A stretch of 64,000 bases of DNA from the NCBI GenBank assembly GCA_963718615.1, contig OY970368.1:4448001-4512000 (forward strand), given 5' to 3'. Source of the stretch: an uncultured cyanobacterium (lineage in GTDB: Bacteria > Cyanobacteriota > Cyanobacteriia > PCC-9006 > JAAUQQ01). Shown piece by piece: positions 52,012 to 63,900 of this stretch. The notes under the pieces are model-generated. The model saw only the letters and a list, made by a program, of their open reading frames with translations. It did not search any database and was not told the DNA's origin. How positions within the stretch are numbered: the stretch's first letter is position 1; every line of letters begins with the position of its first letter. The position numbers and the translations under genes were made by a program.

Positions 52012-54438
52012 TCAAAGTGCTGTCCAAAAGTGGCTACAGACAACGGTTTTTACGCTTTCCCAAGGGGCATACCAATAGAGTTCATGAATCGTGCCGTACT
52101 GCTCGGTCTCTTCCGACCACAATAGGCGAACCGATCCAATATTATTCCGGCCTACAACTTCCGAGCCCTCTTGGATCCAGCGACTTTGCCAAAGGCGCTG
52201 CCAAAATTTTCGGTCTTGGTGCTGAATATTTCGCAGACCCTCTGGATCGATCGCCCAATCGGGATAGGAACAGGGTCGTCGCCGACTCCAAGTGGTTTTG
52301 TATTGCCAATCGGGCGCAGGCTGATGCTGACGCCAACGCCGCCACCATCGACTCAGTGCACAGCTTGAACGCTCTTCTTGCTCCCCAGAATCCCAGCCGA
52401 TCCATTGTCGGGACGATTCTGGAAACAGATTTTTGAGTTTGGAGTGCAAGAGAGCGGTAAGCAATTCAGAATTACACATAGCGCTGGCGGTGAGTTGAAC
52501 CAACACCTGAGGAGGCTCCTGGGTCAACCTATGAGGAGAAGGGTGAAGGGAATGGGGGTGGCGATCGCGATGCCAATATTCCAACCGAATACTCGAACTA
52601 AAATGAATATCACCGGACAGAACTACGACCCGCTGATGCTGCTCAAATAGCATGCGCAAGAATGCATTGCGATTGGATTCAGTTTGATTCCAGGAATCAC
52701 CCACATCCATATCAAACTCATCGCCCCGCCAACGGGCTAGAGTCTGGATTTGATCCAAAAGCTTGAGACCAAATAAATTGGTTGGAACCACAACAAAGGT
52801 TAGTTTGGGGATTGATTGGGAGACTGACAAAGTATTTGCTGGAGACGATGGGTCGGACAACTTAACTAGGGCTGAGAGCTGTGTTTCGATCGCCCGATGA
52901 CACAAAAGCTGAGCCGGAGCCGTGGGGTCTTTGTCGATACAATAGCCCCGCCAAGTGCGAGTATCCAGAACTAAAACTTGATGGTTTAGCCCTTGGACCG
53001 TATAATGCCAGGGAATGGCCTGGGTATCCCGTTGAAAGATTTCTGCGTCTTGATCCTGCTCAAATTGAGGACATCGAGAAATGGGTTTGCGGTGAGGTAA
53101 TCCTAGGTGATTCCAAACCTTTTCTTGAGCCTCCAAATCCCGCCCCTGGGAGGTACACCACTGGGCGATCGCCCCTAAAATCCCTGATCGAGACGATTGC
53201 AATCGGTCTGGCGTATTGCCCCAACCTTGAAACAGAGCATAGGCTAAAAGCGCATTAAACACGACCCGTTGTCCTAACGGTTTTTCGAAAACACGGTAAC
53301 ACCAAGCCTGATTCAAGTTCCAATCATCACTCACATCATGATCATCAAAAATCATGTAGGTTGGGATATTCGCGAGCGCTCGTCGCACCCGATGCTGGGC
53401 ATTGGCAAAGGCCTTGAGCTGGTCTAGGGTTTGATTCCACTGCTGGGCCGTTTTTCCCGTTAATCCTAAGGTTTGACTATCCAAAAAGGGCAATTGCCAG
53501 AGACATTGTGACCAAGAGAACAAATAGGCAGAGCAGTATTCTCCCAATCGAAAGAGATGATTACTCGCTTTTTCTGGCGTGTTTTTGAGACTTGCTGTTA
53601 GCCCAGCCTCCTCTTCGGCTAAGTCCTTGCGTTGTCCTGGTTCGAGTTGCGCGACGCCCTTATCCGGTGGGAGGGGCAAGGGCTCTTCCCAACCCAAGAG
53701 CAAAGCTTCTGCCTGAATAATGGCGGCCAAACAGGGACCGTTCATTTCATCGCCGTAGATCTGATCGCCGGTGAGAAACAATTGGTGAGGTCGATGATTC
53801 GCTTGGTGGGCCGTGTGGGCGATCGCCAAATCCAAAATTTGCAGTGCATCATTGCCTTCTCCCCCCAGTTTACGACAGGAACCATGGAAAATTCTCAGGT
53901 GATTTAAGTCGACCGGATCGAGGGCAAAGGTAGGTAATCCATGGTCAAAATAGCTGACCGAAACCGTCGGTAACCGGGGAGAACAAAGCCCTGAGGCAAG
54001 GGGAATTGGAGCAGCAAACTCAGCATCGGACTGGGGTGGCAATTCAAGATCATGGGCCAGATCAAATGCCAGATTAAATGTAAGGTCATAGGCATAGATC
54101 TGCCCCGACTCCAACAGGGTTAAATCCGGACTTTGAACAGTAACAACGACCAAATGCAGTGCAGTGCCGATCGCCAAGGTGGAAGCTTGGGCTGAGCCGA
54201 GACAGGGACCCAGCGATCGCCCGTCCTGCTCTGTCGCATAAATCTGAAGCGTGACGCGGCAGGACTGCTTGAGCGCAATCCAAACCGAAACCTGCTGCCG
54301 CTCCGTCCGTCGCAAAATGGGTCCAGCCAACACTAGGGGTAGCTGAGCAAAAACCTGCTCGGGGTTTTCTTGGGGGCGAGTATCCTTCGCGCTGGGCATT
54401 TTGAGCCTTCCCTGCCATGTCTTAAACTGGCCATCCAT
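52012..54438 (-). CDS. PhoD-like metallophosphatase
   Basis: LPLVLAGPILRR, HGSCRK, LTGDQIYGD, MIFDDHDVSDDWN, VLDTRT, LSGDIH. Confidence 0.88.
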   Translation of the reverse strand: MDGQFKTWQGRLKMPSAKDTRPQENPEQVFAQLPLVLAGPILRRTERQQVSVWIALKQSCRVTLQIYATEQDGRSLGPCLGSAQASTLAIGTALHLVVVTVQSPDLTLLESGQIYAYDLTFNLAFDLAHDLELPPQSDAEFAAPIPLASGLCSPRLPTVSVSYFDHGLPTFALDPVDLNHLRIFHGSCRKLGGEGNDALQILDLAIAHTAHQANHRPHQLFLTGDQIYGDEMNGPCLAAIIQAEALLLGWEEPLPLPPDKGVAQLEPGQRKDLAEEEAGLTASLKNTPEKASNHLFRLGEYCSAYLFSWSQCLWQLPFLDSQTLGLTGKTAQQWNQTLDQLKAFANAQHRVRRALANIPTYMIFDDHDVSDDWNLNQAWCYRVFEKPLGQRVVFNALLAYALFQGWGNTPDRLQSSRSGILGAIAQWCTSQGRDLEAQEKVWNHLGLPHRKPISRCPQFEQDQDAEIFQRDTQAIPWHYTVQGLNHQVLVLDTRTWRGYCIDKDPTAPAQLLCHRAIETQLSALVKLSDPSSPANTLSVSQSIPKLTFVVVPTNLFGLKLLDQIQTLARWRGDEFDMDVGDSWNQTESNRNAFLRMLFEQHQRVVVLSGDIHFSSSIRLEYWHRDRHPHSLHPSPHRLTQEPPQVLVQLTASAMCNSELLTALLHSKLKNLFPESSRQWIGWDSGEQEERSSCALSRWWRRWRQHQPAPDWQYKTTWSRRRPCSYPDWAIDPEGLRNIQHQDRKFWQRLWQSRWIQEGSEVVGRNNIGSVRLLWSEETEQYGTIHELYWYAPWESVKTVVCSHFWTAL

Positions 54439-54539
54439 TCAATCTTCTCTGAAACTAGGAAATTTCCCTATCCCTCCCAGGGGGAATCAAGGCCGAGAAG
54501 CAAGGGTACAGACAGGAATTTGAGGAGCGTTGAGAAACG

Positions 54540-55451
54540 TTAGAGCGACTGGATCTCCTGCAAGAGCCAAAACCCGGCGAATTTCTCCTCGTCAGGACCC
54601 GCTTGAATACCGATGAAGTGAAGGTGATTGGCTTGGGCTTTTGTCGCCTCAAAGGACTTGGCCTCTTCGATGGTGGCCTGGTTATTGATGGCGACGAGGA
54701 GCCAACGATCGCTCACCCCCGTTTCCAAAACCATACTCGTCGGCGGTCCCCCATCAAACTTTAAAAAGGCCAGTTCTAAGCCCGACATCCAAGCCGCCAA
54801 GGGCGTTGCTCGCTTCGAAAAGATCAGCAAGCCTGGAATTTTTGCCTCGGGATCCACCAACCCCTTGAGGGAAAACGCCTCGCCAAAATCGATGGGCCAG
54901 TCGGCCATGTCGAGAAAATCCGCCGCCGTCAGGGTCACAAAGGCCCAGCGCTCCCCCTGTAAGGCATCGGGTAAGGGCTGGGCGGGGTCAGGCATATATT
55001 GCACTGAAGAATTATTGGCCCCTTGGTAGCCTTCCGCCTGGGGATAAACCTCGGCATAGCGTTGTTGCAGCCACTGGGACAGGGTAGTGGTCCGGCGGCT
55101 GGCCTTGGCCGGGATACCCGCATCATCGCAGGCCTTGAGCACCATATTATTCATTTGGCGGCGAAAAAAGCGGATAAGCGTGGGGGGCTTGGGGGCTTGG
55201 GCGATCGCCTCCTCCAAGGCTTCCCGCAGCCAAATCGAATTCACCGAGGTACTCGGGCAATACCGGGTATAGCGAAATCCCTCCACAGGGTCTGCATCCG
55301 CCGCCAGCGGTGTTTCACAAATCACCACCTCCCAGAGCTTTTTGCCGTTTTCTTCGACAATCGGGCGCGAGTAAAAATCCAGTTCCCAGATGGTGTTGCG
55401 GTCCGCCATATTTCTGTTCTCCATCGTGGCTGCCTGATCCTGTGACGCCAT
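54540..55451 (-). CDS. Tab2/Atab2 (DUF1092) RNA-binding protein
   Basis: WELDFYSRP, IRFFRRQMNNM, LAAWMSGLE, FAGFWLL. Confidence 0.92.
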   Translation of the reverse strand: MASQDQAATMENRNMADRNTIWELDFYSRPIVEENGKKLWEVVICETPLAADADPVEGFRYTRYCPSTSVNSIWLREALEEAIAQAPKPPTLIRFFRRQMNNMVLKACDDAGIPAKASRRTTTLSQWLQQRYAEVYPQAEGYQGANNSSVQYMPDPAQPLPDALQGERWAFVTLTAADFLDMADWPIDFGEAFSLKGLVDPEAKIPGLLIFSKRATPLAAWMSGLELAFLKFDGGPPTSMVLETGVSDRWLLVAINNQATIEEAKSFEATKAQANHLHFIGIQAGPDEEKFAGFWLLQEIQSL

Positions 55452-55524
55452 TTATTCTCCCGCAGATACTGGCCCAATCGGCGCAGAGATGCGATCGCCT
55501 ATAATACAGCTACCTTGGTACAAG

Positions 55525-55803
55525 CTAGGCAGTGATTGCCCCTCCACTCAGTTCCGGTAAGAAAGCAAGCACAATTTGCTCCTCAGGGATACCAGCCCGA
55601 GCTAAAGATTGGCTAATGCCTTGCTCTAGGCCATCGTACTCGACCCAAACCTTGCCGCTACGGAGGGTGAATTCGCTGGCAGCAAGGTCAATACACAGCA
55701 GCCGCTCCCCGAAAGAAACAACGTAAGGATCGTCTGTAATACTCCAGCCATCCTTGACCAGAGCTTGTCGGACAGTACTGTGAATAGCGTCTCTTTGAGG
55801 CAA
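55525..55803 (-). pseudogene. In-frame deletion fusion of the xisH N-terminus and the xisI C-terminus
   Basis: RDAIH..VRQALVKDGWSITDDPY...IDLAA (XisH) is joined directly to GKVWVEYDGLEQGI..L..AGIPEEQIVLAF (XisI). Confidence 0.8.
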
Positions 55804-55898
55804 AATATTGGCTCTAATCGTCAGTCAATGAACTCCTGATACGGAGAGGGAGAGGATGCGGAGACTGTTTCAGGGCGCGAGAGATGCGCCCCTAGCTA

Positions 55899-56789
55899 TT
55901 ATTGAGCGTCTAGTTTCTTGCGGGCACGCTCGGCGCGAGACTCGGCGCTGGCCATGACCTCAGCCATATTTTCGAGCATTTCCCCGGCATGGTTTTCCAG
56001 GATTTTCGTAGAAAGGGCAATGCGGCCCCGACCTTCGTCAATATCCACCACCATGGCCTGGATGGTTTGACCAGGTTCTAGGATGGCCGAGAGGGATTCG
56101 ACGTAGCGATCGCTCACCTGCTTGATATGCAGCAGCCCCGTCGTCCCACCAAAGCTAATAAACGCCCCAAAGGGTTTGATACTCGCCACCTGACCCGAAA
56201 TCAATTGGCCCACTTCCAATTCCGCCATCCGGGCTGACTGGCTCGCTAATCGTTCCGACAGCACCAGCTTCTTCGCCTGGGCATTGACTTCCAAAAATTT
56301 AACGTTGAGAATTTTGCCCTTGAGGCCGTCGAGGTCTTCTTTTTCCCGCAGGTGCGATCGCGGAATAAAGCCCTTGAGCCCCTCCACATCCACCGTCACA
56401 CCGCCTCGATTAGAGCCCGTCACCTTCACGTCTAGAGAACCATTGCCCTCCGCCCTCTCCTGGACCTTTTCCCAAGCCTGGTCCAGCAACCGCCGCCGCA
56501 AGGACAGCGTTACCTGGCCTTCCTCATTTTGATCTCGAATCACCACGAACTCGAAGGACTCACCCACCGGCAGCTTGGCCGAGAGATCCAACACCGGACG
56601 CAGCGAAGCCTCCTGTTGGGGCAAAAACGCCGCCGCCTTCCCGCCGATATCGACAAAAGCGCCATCATTGACATGGTCAGCAATAATACCCTTCACGGTT
56701 TGACCCACCGCAAAGCCGTAATCATGCTGGGTGAGGGCCTTCTCGAAATCCTCCATGGAGAAGGACAGGTCTTGGGGTTGCGGACTCAT
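55899..56789 (-). CDS. Ribosomal protein S1 paralogue (three S1 domains, rps1b type)
   Basis: FSMEDFEKAL..HDY.F, VDIGGK, NRGGVTV..GFIPRSHL, KPFGAF. Confidence 0.92.
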   Translation of the reverse strand: MSPQPQDLSFSMEDFEKALTQHDYGFAVGQTVKGIIADHVNDGAFVDIGGKAAAFLPQQEASLRPVLDLSAKLPVGESFEFVVIRDQNEEGQVTLSLRRRLLDQAWEKVQERAEGNGSLDVKVTGSNRGGVTVDVEGLKGFIPRSHLREKEDLDGLKGKILNVKFLEVNAQAKKLVLSERLASQSARMAELEVGQLISGQVASIKPFGAFISFGGTTGLLHIKQVSDRYVESLSAILEPGQTIQAMVVDIDEGRGRIALSTKILENHAGEMLENMAEVMASAESRAERARKKLDAQ

Positions 56790-57044
56790 AGAAGCAAAAA
56801 CAGTAAATAAAATAGAAATCGAGCCAAGCGACAAGGGGGAAGCAATCCCACCGCCGTTCAAGCCATTCTCCATCTTAATGGTTTGAACGAAACCGAGGCA
56901 GAATATCCGGACTATCCCTTGGATCTGCCGTTGATCTGGGTAGGGGTCAACCTCAACGAAGGCGTAGGATCCCCCTAGAGAGGGTGGGAAAACCCGCTAA
57001 AAGTCGCTAAATTAAAGGGTGATTGCAAAGGAGATGCCGTGTTT

Positions 57045-57740
57045 ATGCTTTCGCTGGAAATCAATCCGACGCTGGATTATCACAGTTCGTCCTACCAAGA
57101 GGCCTATGGTCGGGTCAATGCCCTGGTCATTGAGGGTGAGCAAGAGGCATCCCACAACTATCGTCAAATGGCTCAGATGATGCCCGAGCACCAAGACCGA
57201 CTGTTGGCCCTGGCCAAGATGGAGCGACGGCACCAGCGCAGCTTTCTAAGCTGCGGCAGGCATCTGGGCATCAAACCGGATTTAGCCTTTGCGCAACAGT
57301 CCTTTGAAGGATTACGCCATAACTTCGATGTGGCCAGTGCCCAGGGCGCGTTGGTGGATTGTTTGCTGATTCAGTCGCTGGTGATCGAGTGTTTTGCGAT
57401 CGCCACCTGTCACGCCTACATCCCCGTCGCTGACGACTTTGCCCGTAAGCTCACCGAAAGCGTCCTGCGAGACGAATATAAACACCTCAATTTTGGCAAG
57501 ACCTGGCTCCAGAGTCATTTTAAGACCATCAAGTCCGACCTAGAAAGCGCCAACCGCCAAAATTTGCCCCTGATGTGGCAAATTCTCGATCGCCTCAAAC
57601 CCGATGCCGCTGTCATTGGCATCGACCCCGAAGCCCTGGAAGAAGATTTTACGATTCAGTACGGTGAAGCCCTCGAAGAAATTGGCTTTGGCTTCCGAGA
57701 AGTTGCCTGCATGTCCGATCCTCACGGATGGGCCGCCTAG
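57045..57740 (+). CDS. ado: Aldehyde-deformylating oxygenase, divergent
   Basis: AY.R.NA.VIEGEQEA, MERRH, CLLIQSL.IECFAIA, YIPVADDFARK.TE, DEYKH, ANRQNLPL, YGEAL. All diiron ligand motifs present; AAGGAG RBS. Confidence 0.93.
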   Translation: MLSLEINPTLDYHSSSYQEAYGRVNALVIEGEQEASHNYRQMAQMMPEHQDRLLALAKMERRHQRSFLSCGRHLGIKPDLAFAQQSFEGLRHNFDVASAQGALVDCLLIQSLVIECFAIATCHAYIPVADDFARKLTESVLRDEYKHLNFGKTWLQSHFKTIKSDLESANRQNLPLMWQILDRLKPDAAVIGIDPEALEEDFTIQYGEALEEIGFGFREVACMSDPHGWAA

Positions 57741-57927
57741 GATTGAGGGTTTGCTCAGCCACCGATCTAGGGAATTGGAGATAGCCATCGCCCTGTCTGG
57801 GACGCTTCCCTTAGCCCTTTTCCGCTGCCCTTTCCTGGGCGTAACGTCGCGCGTAGGTCAGACAGTATGATGAGGTGTCAGTCTTCATAAATAATTCAGA
57901 CTTCTCAAGAAGTTGCAAAATTGGTAG

Positions 57928-60900
57928 ATGTCCCAAACTTTCCCCAGCTTTGTAGCCTTACTGCGGCATCGGGCGCAGCATCTCTCTGACAAAACGGCGT
58001 TTATCTTTCTGCAAGACGGAGAGACCGTTGCAGAGGCGCTTTCCTATCAGGCGCTGGATCAACGGGCACGGGCGATCGCCGCTCAGCTACAGGACTTGGG
58101 GGCAACGGGGGAACGGGCGCTTTTGCTTTATCCGCCGGGATTGGATTTTATTGCGGCCTTTTTTGGCTGTTTGTACGCGGGGGTGACGGCGGTTCCGGCC
58201 TATCCGCCTCGGGCCAATCGATCCCTAGAACGACTTCAGGCGATCGTGGCGGATGCGGAGGCGCGGTTTGCTTTAACGACGAGTGCGCTCCTGGAAAGCC
58301 TGGAAGGGCAGTTGTTTCAAGCAGATTCGAGTGAGATTCGCTGTTTGGCAACGGATAGGACTTCGGCGACGGGGGCTGGGGCGATCGCCCAGTGGGCTGA
58401 GGCTTGGGAACCAGGGGCGATCGCCCCCGACCAGCTCGCCTTTTTGCAATACACCAGTGGCTCCACGGGAAAGCCCAAGGGCGTCATGGTCAGCCATGGC
58501 AATTTGATTCATAACTCCACGCTGATCAACCAGGGGTTTCAGGACAACGGCGACAGCCAAGGGGTTTCCTGGCTCCCGCCCTACCACGACATGGGGCTGA
58601 TCGGCGGGATTTTGCAACCGCTGTTTGTCGGGGCCTCAATGGTCCTGATGCCGCCCGTAAGCTTCTTACAACGGCCTTTGCGCTGGCTCCAGGCGATTTC
58701 TAAATACCGGGCGACGACCAGTGGCGGTCCGAACTTTGCCTACGACCTTTGCGCCAAGCAAATTTCCCCAGAACAACGGGCGGAGCTAGACCTAAGCTGT
58801 TGGACCCTAGCGTTTACAGGAGCTGAGCCGATTCGTGCCCAAACGCTAGATTTGTTTGCGGAAGCCTTTGCCCCAGTCGGATTTCAGCGACAGGCGTTCT
58901 ATCCCTGCTACGGCATGGCAGAGACGACGCTGATGGTGACCGGCGGAGATAAACCTGGGGTGCCGGTGGTGACAACGGTGGATGGGGTGGCGTTGCAGGA
59001 AAATCGGGTGCGATCCTGCGGAGCTTGGCGCAGCCCATCGTCCCAAGCCCCAGACCAAGCCCCAGACCAAGACCAGATCCTCGTGGGCTCGGGTCAAACG
59101 CTCCTGGGCCAAACTCTCAAGATTGTTGATCCAGAAACCTTTCAGCCTTTAGCCGACCATCAGGTGGGGGAAATCTGGGTGGCGGGGCCGAGCGTCGCCC
59201 AAGGGTATTGGCATCAGCCCGAACTCACCCAGGCCATGTTTCAGGCTCGGCTGGCGACAGAGCCGATGGGACCGAGCTTTCTGCGGACGGGGGATCTGGG
59301 TTTTGTTCAGTCCGGTGAGCTGTTTGTGACGGGCCGTCTGAAGGATCTGATTATTATCCGGGGTCGCAATCACTACCCCCAGGACCTCGAAGAAACCGTG
59401 GCCCAGGCCCATCCGGATTTGCAGGTGGCGGCGGGGGCAGCGTTTGCGGTAGAGGTGGATGGGGAAGAGCGGTTGGTGGTGGTTCAGGAAGTCAAGCGTA
59501 GTGCCTTGCGCAAGCTTGAGGGGGCAGCGGTGGCCCAGGCGATTCGCAAGGCGGTGGCCCAAGTCCATGACCTTCAGCCCCAGGCGATTTTGTTACTGAA
59601 AACGGGCAGTATCCCTAAAACTTCTAGTGGCAAGATTCAGCGGTTTGCCTGCCGGGCGGGGTTTTTGGAGCGATCGCTCAACACCGTTTATGAATGGTCC
59701 GCCAATCCCCAGTCTGAAAATGCGCTGGATGCAGCAACCTTGCCTCGGCTTGAGGACGAACGGCGGTTTGAGGACGAACGGCGGTTCGTCCCTATGGGGG
59801 GGCAGGGGTCGGGGAAGGCGGTTGAAATTGCCCATTGGTTGACGCAGCGGTTGGCAGAAGCCACCGGTCAATCGGCTCGGAGTATTGACCCTCAGGAGGC
59901 GATCGCCAATCTCGGCCTAGATTCCCTGCGGGTGGTTCGCCTGTCTGCGGAGCTGGAAGACTGGTTAGGGCTAAAACTTTCGCCGACCTTGGCCTACGAT
60001 TATCCGACGATCGCCAGCCTCTCCGCCTATTTGGCCCATCAGGTCGATCCCCAGGCTAATCCCTCCCAGAATGAGGTGTCAGGGGTCGGGTCGATATCTG
60101 CTCAACAGCCCGTGGGTCATGAGGCGATCGCCATTGTCGGTCTCGGCTGTCGGTTCCCCGGTGCAAAAAATCCCGAGGAATTTTGGCAACTGTTGATCGA
60201 GGGCAAGGATGCGATTCGGCCCAGTCAACGATGGGTCAAGGTCAGCACAGCAGGGGGCGATCGCCCGGACTGGGGCGGTTTTCTCGATGATGTGGACCAA
60301 TTCGACCCGCAATTTTTTGGCCTATCCCCCCGCGAAGCCCAGCGGATGGATCCCCAGCAACGGCTGCTCTTGGAGGTCACCTGGGAAGCGCTAGAACAGG
60401 CGGGGATTCCGGCGACGCAACTGGCCGGGACTTCGACAGGGGTGTTTGTCGGCGTCAGCAGCAGCGATTACGCCCAGCTTCAGGCGGCCCAAGGCATTCC
60501 CGTCGATGCCTACGCGGGCACGGGCAATGCCCACAGCATTGCGGCCAATCGGCTGTCCTATTTTTTCGATTTGCATGGCCCTTCTTTGGCGGTGGATACG
60601 GCCTGTTCGTCATCGCTGGTGGCGGTGCATTTGGCCAGTCAGGCGCTGAATCAAGGAACTTGCGAGATGGCGATCGCCGCTGGGGTCAACCTGATGCTCT
60701 CGCCCAATCTCACCGAGATATTCCGTCAGGCAGGCATGATGGCGGCAGACGGACGCTGCAAAACCTTTGATGCCCAGGCGGATGGCTATGTGCGGGGGGA
60801 AGGCTGTGGGGTGGTCCTGCTGAAACGGCTGTCGGTGGCGGAACAGGCGGGCGATCGCATTCTCGCGGTTATCCAAGGTTCTGCGGTTAACCAAGATGGG

Positions 60901-63900
60901 CGCAGCAATGGCCTCACGGCTCCCAATGGTCGGGCGCAGCAGGCGGTGGTGCGGCAGGCTTTGGCCCAGGCGGGCATTGCCGCTGCGGATCTGGGTTACA
61001 TCGAAGCCCACGGCACCGGTACATCCCTAGGTGATCCCATTGAGCTAAATGCCCTCCAGGCTGTGTTAGCGGCGGATACACCCTGTTGGATTGGCTCGGT
61101 GAAAACCAATATTGGTCATCTCGAAGCAGCAGCGGGAATTGCGGGGCTGATCAAATCCGTCTTGGCCTTACAACGGGAAACGATTCCACCCCATCTTCAT
61201 TTGAACGAACTGAATCCCCATATTCAGCTCCAGGAAGGTCTGAAAATTCCGACCCAGGCTCAACCTTGGCCGAGGGGTGATAAGCCTCGGTTGGCGGGGA
61301 TTAGCTCCTTTGGATTTGGCGGGACCAATGCCCATCTGGTGGTGGGGGATTGGGGCGGGATGGTTGGTCGTCCCCGTATGGGGCCGGGGCGATCGCCTCA
61401 ACTGCTGTTGCTGAGTGCGAAAACGGCTACGGCCCTGACGGATGTGGTTCGGCGGTATGAGGCTTGGCTCGCGACCCATTCCGAGGCTGACCTAGCGGAT
61501 GTCTGTTTTAGTGCCAATACAGGACGGGTTAGGTTTGAGCATCGCCTCACCTGTGTTGCGGAGACAACGGCACAACTTCAGCAGCAGTTCCAAGGATTTT
61601 TGCAGGGGGGACGGCGTCCGCTGGGATTATGGCAGGGTCAGGCTCAGCGACAGAATGCCCTTGCCTTTCTGTTTACGGGGCAAGGCTCTCAGTTCGTTGG
61701 CATGGGCCAGCAGTTGTATGCAACAGAACCCATCTTTGCGTCAGCCTTAAACCACTGTGCTCAACTGTTGCAACCCCATCTAGACTGTTCGCTGATCGAG
61801 CTGCTCTATCCTCCGGCGGGTCAGACCTCGGCACTAGACGAAACCCTTTATACGCAACCAGCTCTTTTTGCCCTGGAATATGCCTTGGCCCAGCTTTGGT
61901 TGTCCTGGGGCGTGCAGCCCACAGTGGTGATGGGCCATAGTGTCGGGGAATATGTTGCCGCTTGTTTGGCCGGCGTATTTAGTCTAGAAGATGGTCTACG
62001 GTTGATTGCGGCACGGGCAAGGCTGATGCAGGGGTTACCCCAAACGGGGGGAATGGTGGCGGTGTTTGCCTCGGAAGGACGGTTGCGGGATGCTCTAGCA
62101 ACGTTGCCGGAGTCGGTGTTTCCGGAGGCGGTGGCGATCGCAGCCTTCAACGGTCCTGAACTCATTGTCCTCTCCGGCCACAATGATGCCCTAGCAACCG
62201 TCATCGACCAACTCAAAACCGAAAGCATCCGCTGCCGCCTCTTGAAGGTGTCCCACGCGTTTCACTCGCCCCTGATGGATCCGATTTTGGCGGAGTTTGA
62301 GCAAGTGGCTCAGACGGTCACCTATCGTCTCCCTCAGTTGCCCCTCGTCTCGAATCTGACCGGCAAGCTAGCAACCGCAGAGGTCGCTTCAGCGGACTAT
62401 TGGGTCCGTCACATTCGTCAACCGGTGAAGTTTGAAGCGAGTATGCACTGCTTGCAGGACCAGGGCACAGCAGCGGCCCAAAACTTGGCCCAGGACTCGG
62501 CCCAGCCAATCTTTCTAGAAATTGGTCCACAGCCAACGCTGCTCCCCATGGGGCGACAGTGTTTGACCAAGACCAAAGGCATCTGGCTGCCCAGCCTTTA
62601 TCCCGGCAAAGCCGATACCCAGCAACTGCTGCAAAGCCTGGCTAGTCTGGCGGTACAAGGAGTAACCATCGATTGGCAAACCTTCTATCGCAACGGCAAC
62701 TATCAGCGTCTCGATCTGCCGACCTATCCCTTTCAGCGACAGCGTTGTTGGCTGGAGGATCTCCAACCACCCCGTTTGACTGCAACGGGGCAGGGTGCGA
62801 TGAATGCTGTTTCTGCTCCTCAAGGAACTGCCTATCAGGTTGTTTGGGAACCCTCATCCATTACACCTTCTGATCCAATTCTGGAGAATCGGCGGGTAGG
62901 AACTTGGCTCGTGCTGGCTGATCAGTCGGGGGTGGGACAGGCGATCGCCACAAAGCTCCAAGCCCAAGGGAACTCTGTCCAGGTGATTGAGCGGGGCGAT
63001 CGCCAATCTCTCGATCAATTCAAAACCCTCTTCGCCGAAGTTCTTGGGCAACCCACCTCAGGGCCTGCCCCCATCCAAGGCATTCTCCACTGCTGGAGTT
63101 TAGATTTACCGACCGTTGCATCCTTAACAACAGATGACCTCGCTCCCCCAGAGAACCTTGTGACCCAATCGGCTTGGAACTGCGCAAGTGTCCTGGGCCT
63201 GATCCAGCAGTTGGCACAGCAAGCCTCAGGTCAGACATTCGTAGGTCAGCGTTCCATTCCGCTCTGGTTGCTAACCCAAGGAACCCAAACGGTCCATGGC
63301 GAGGCTGTGACCGGTTTGACTCAGAGTCCACTCTGGGGACTGGGGAAGGTCATTGCCCTAGAGCATCCGGAGTTTTGGGGCGGGTTGGTTGATTTGGCTT
63401 CGGATGTAACGGCCAGGGAGGAGGAGGCGATCGCCCAATTCATTGCGCTTGTTACCGATCGTGGCTTGCATTGCGATCAAATTGCGTTGCGCGATCGCCC
63501 CTATATTGCCAAGCTTCAGCCGGTTGCTCTACCATCACTGTCTGCGGCCTCACTGGTGATCCAGCCCCAATCCAGTTATTTGATTACCGGCGGTCTTGGA
63601 GCCTTGGGATTAAGCTTAGCCCATTGGTTGGTGGCACAAGGAGCAAGGCATTTGCTGCTCGTGAGTCGGCGATCGCCCAATCCTCAACAGCAGGCCCAAG
63701 TCGAAGCCATACGGTCAAAAGGCGTGGATTGCCAGGTGCGCGTCCTGGACGTCACCGATACCGCTGCGGTTCAGGCCCTCTGCACCGAACTCCGCCAGTC
63801 AGCCCATCCCTTGGGAGGTCTGATCCATGCCGCAGGGACACTGAGCGATGGCCTGCTGCAAGGCCAATCCTGGGAATCCTGGGAAACGGTTTTAGCACCT

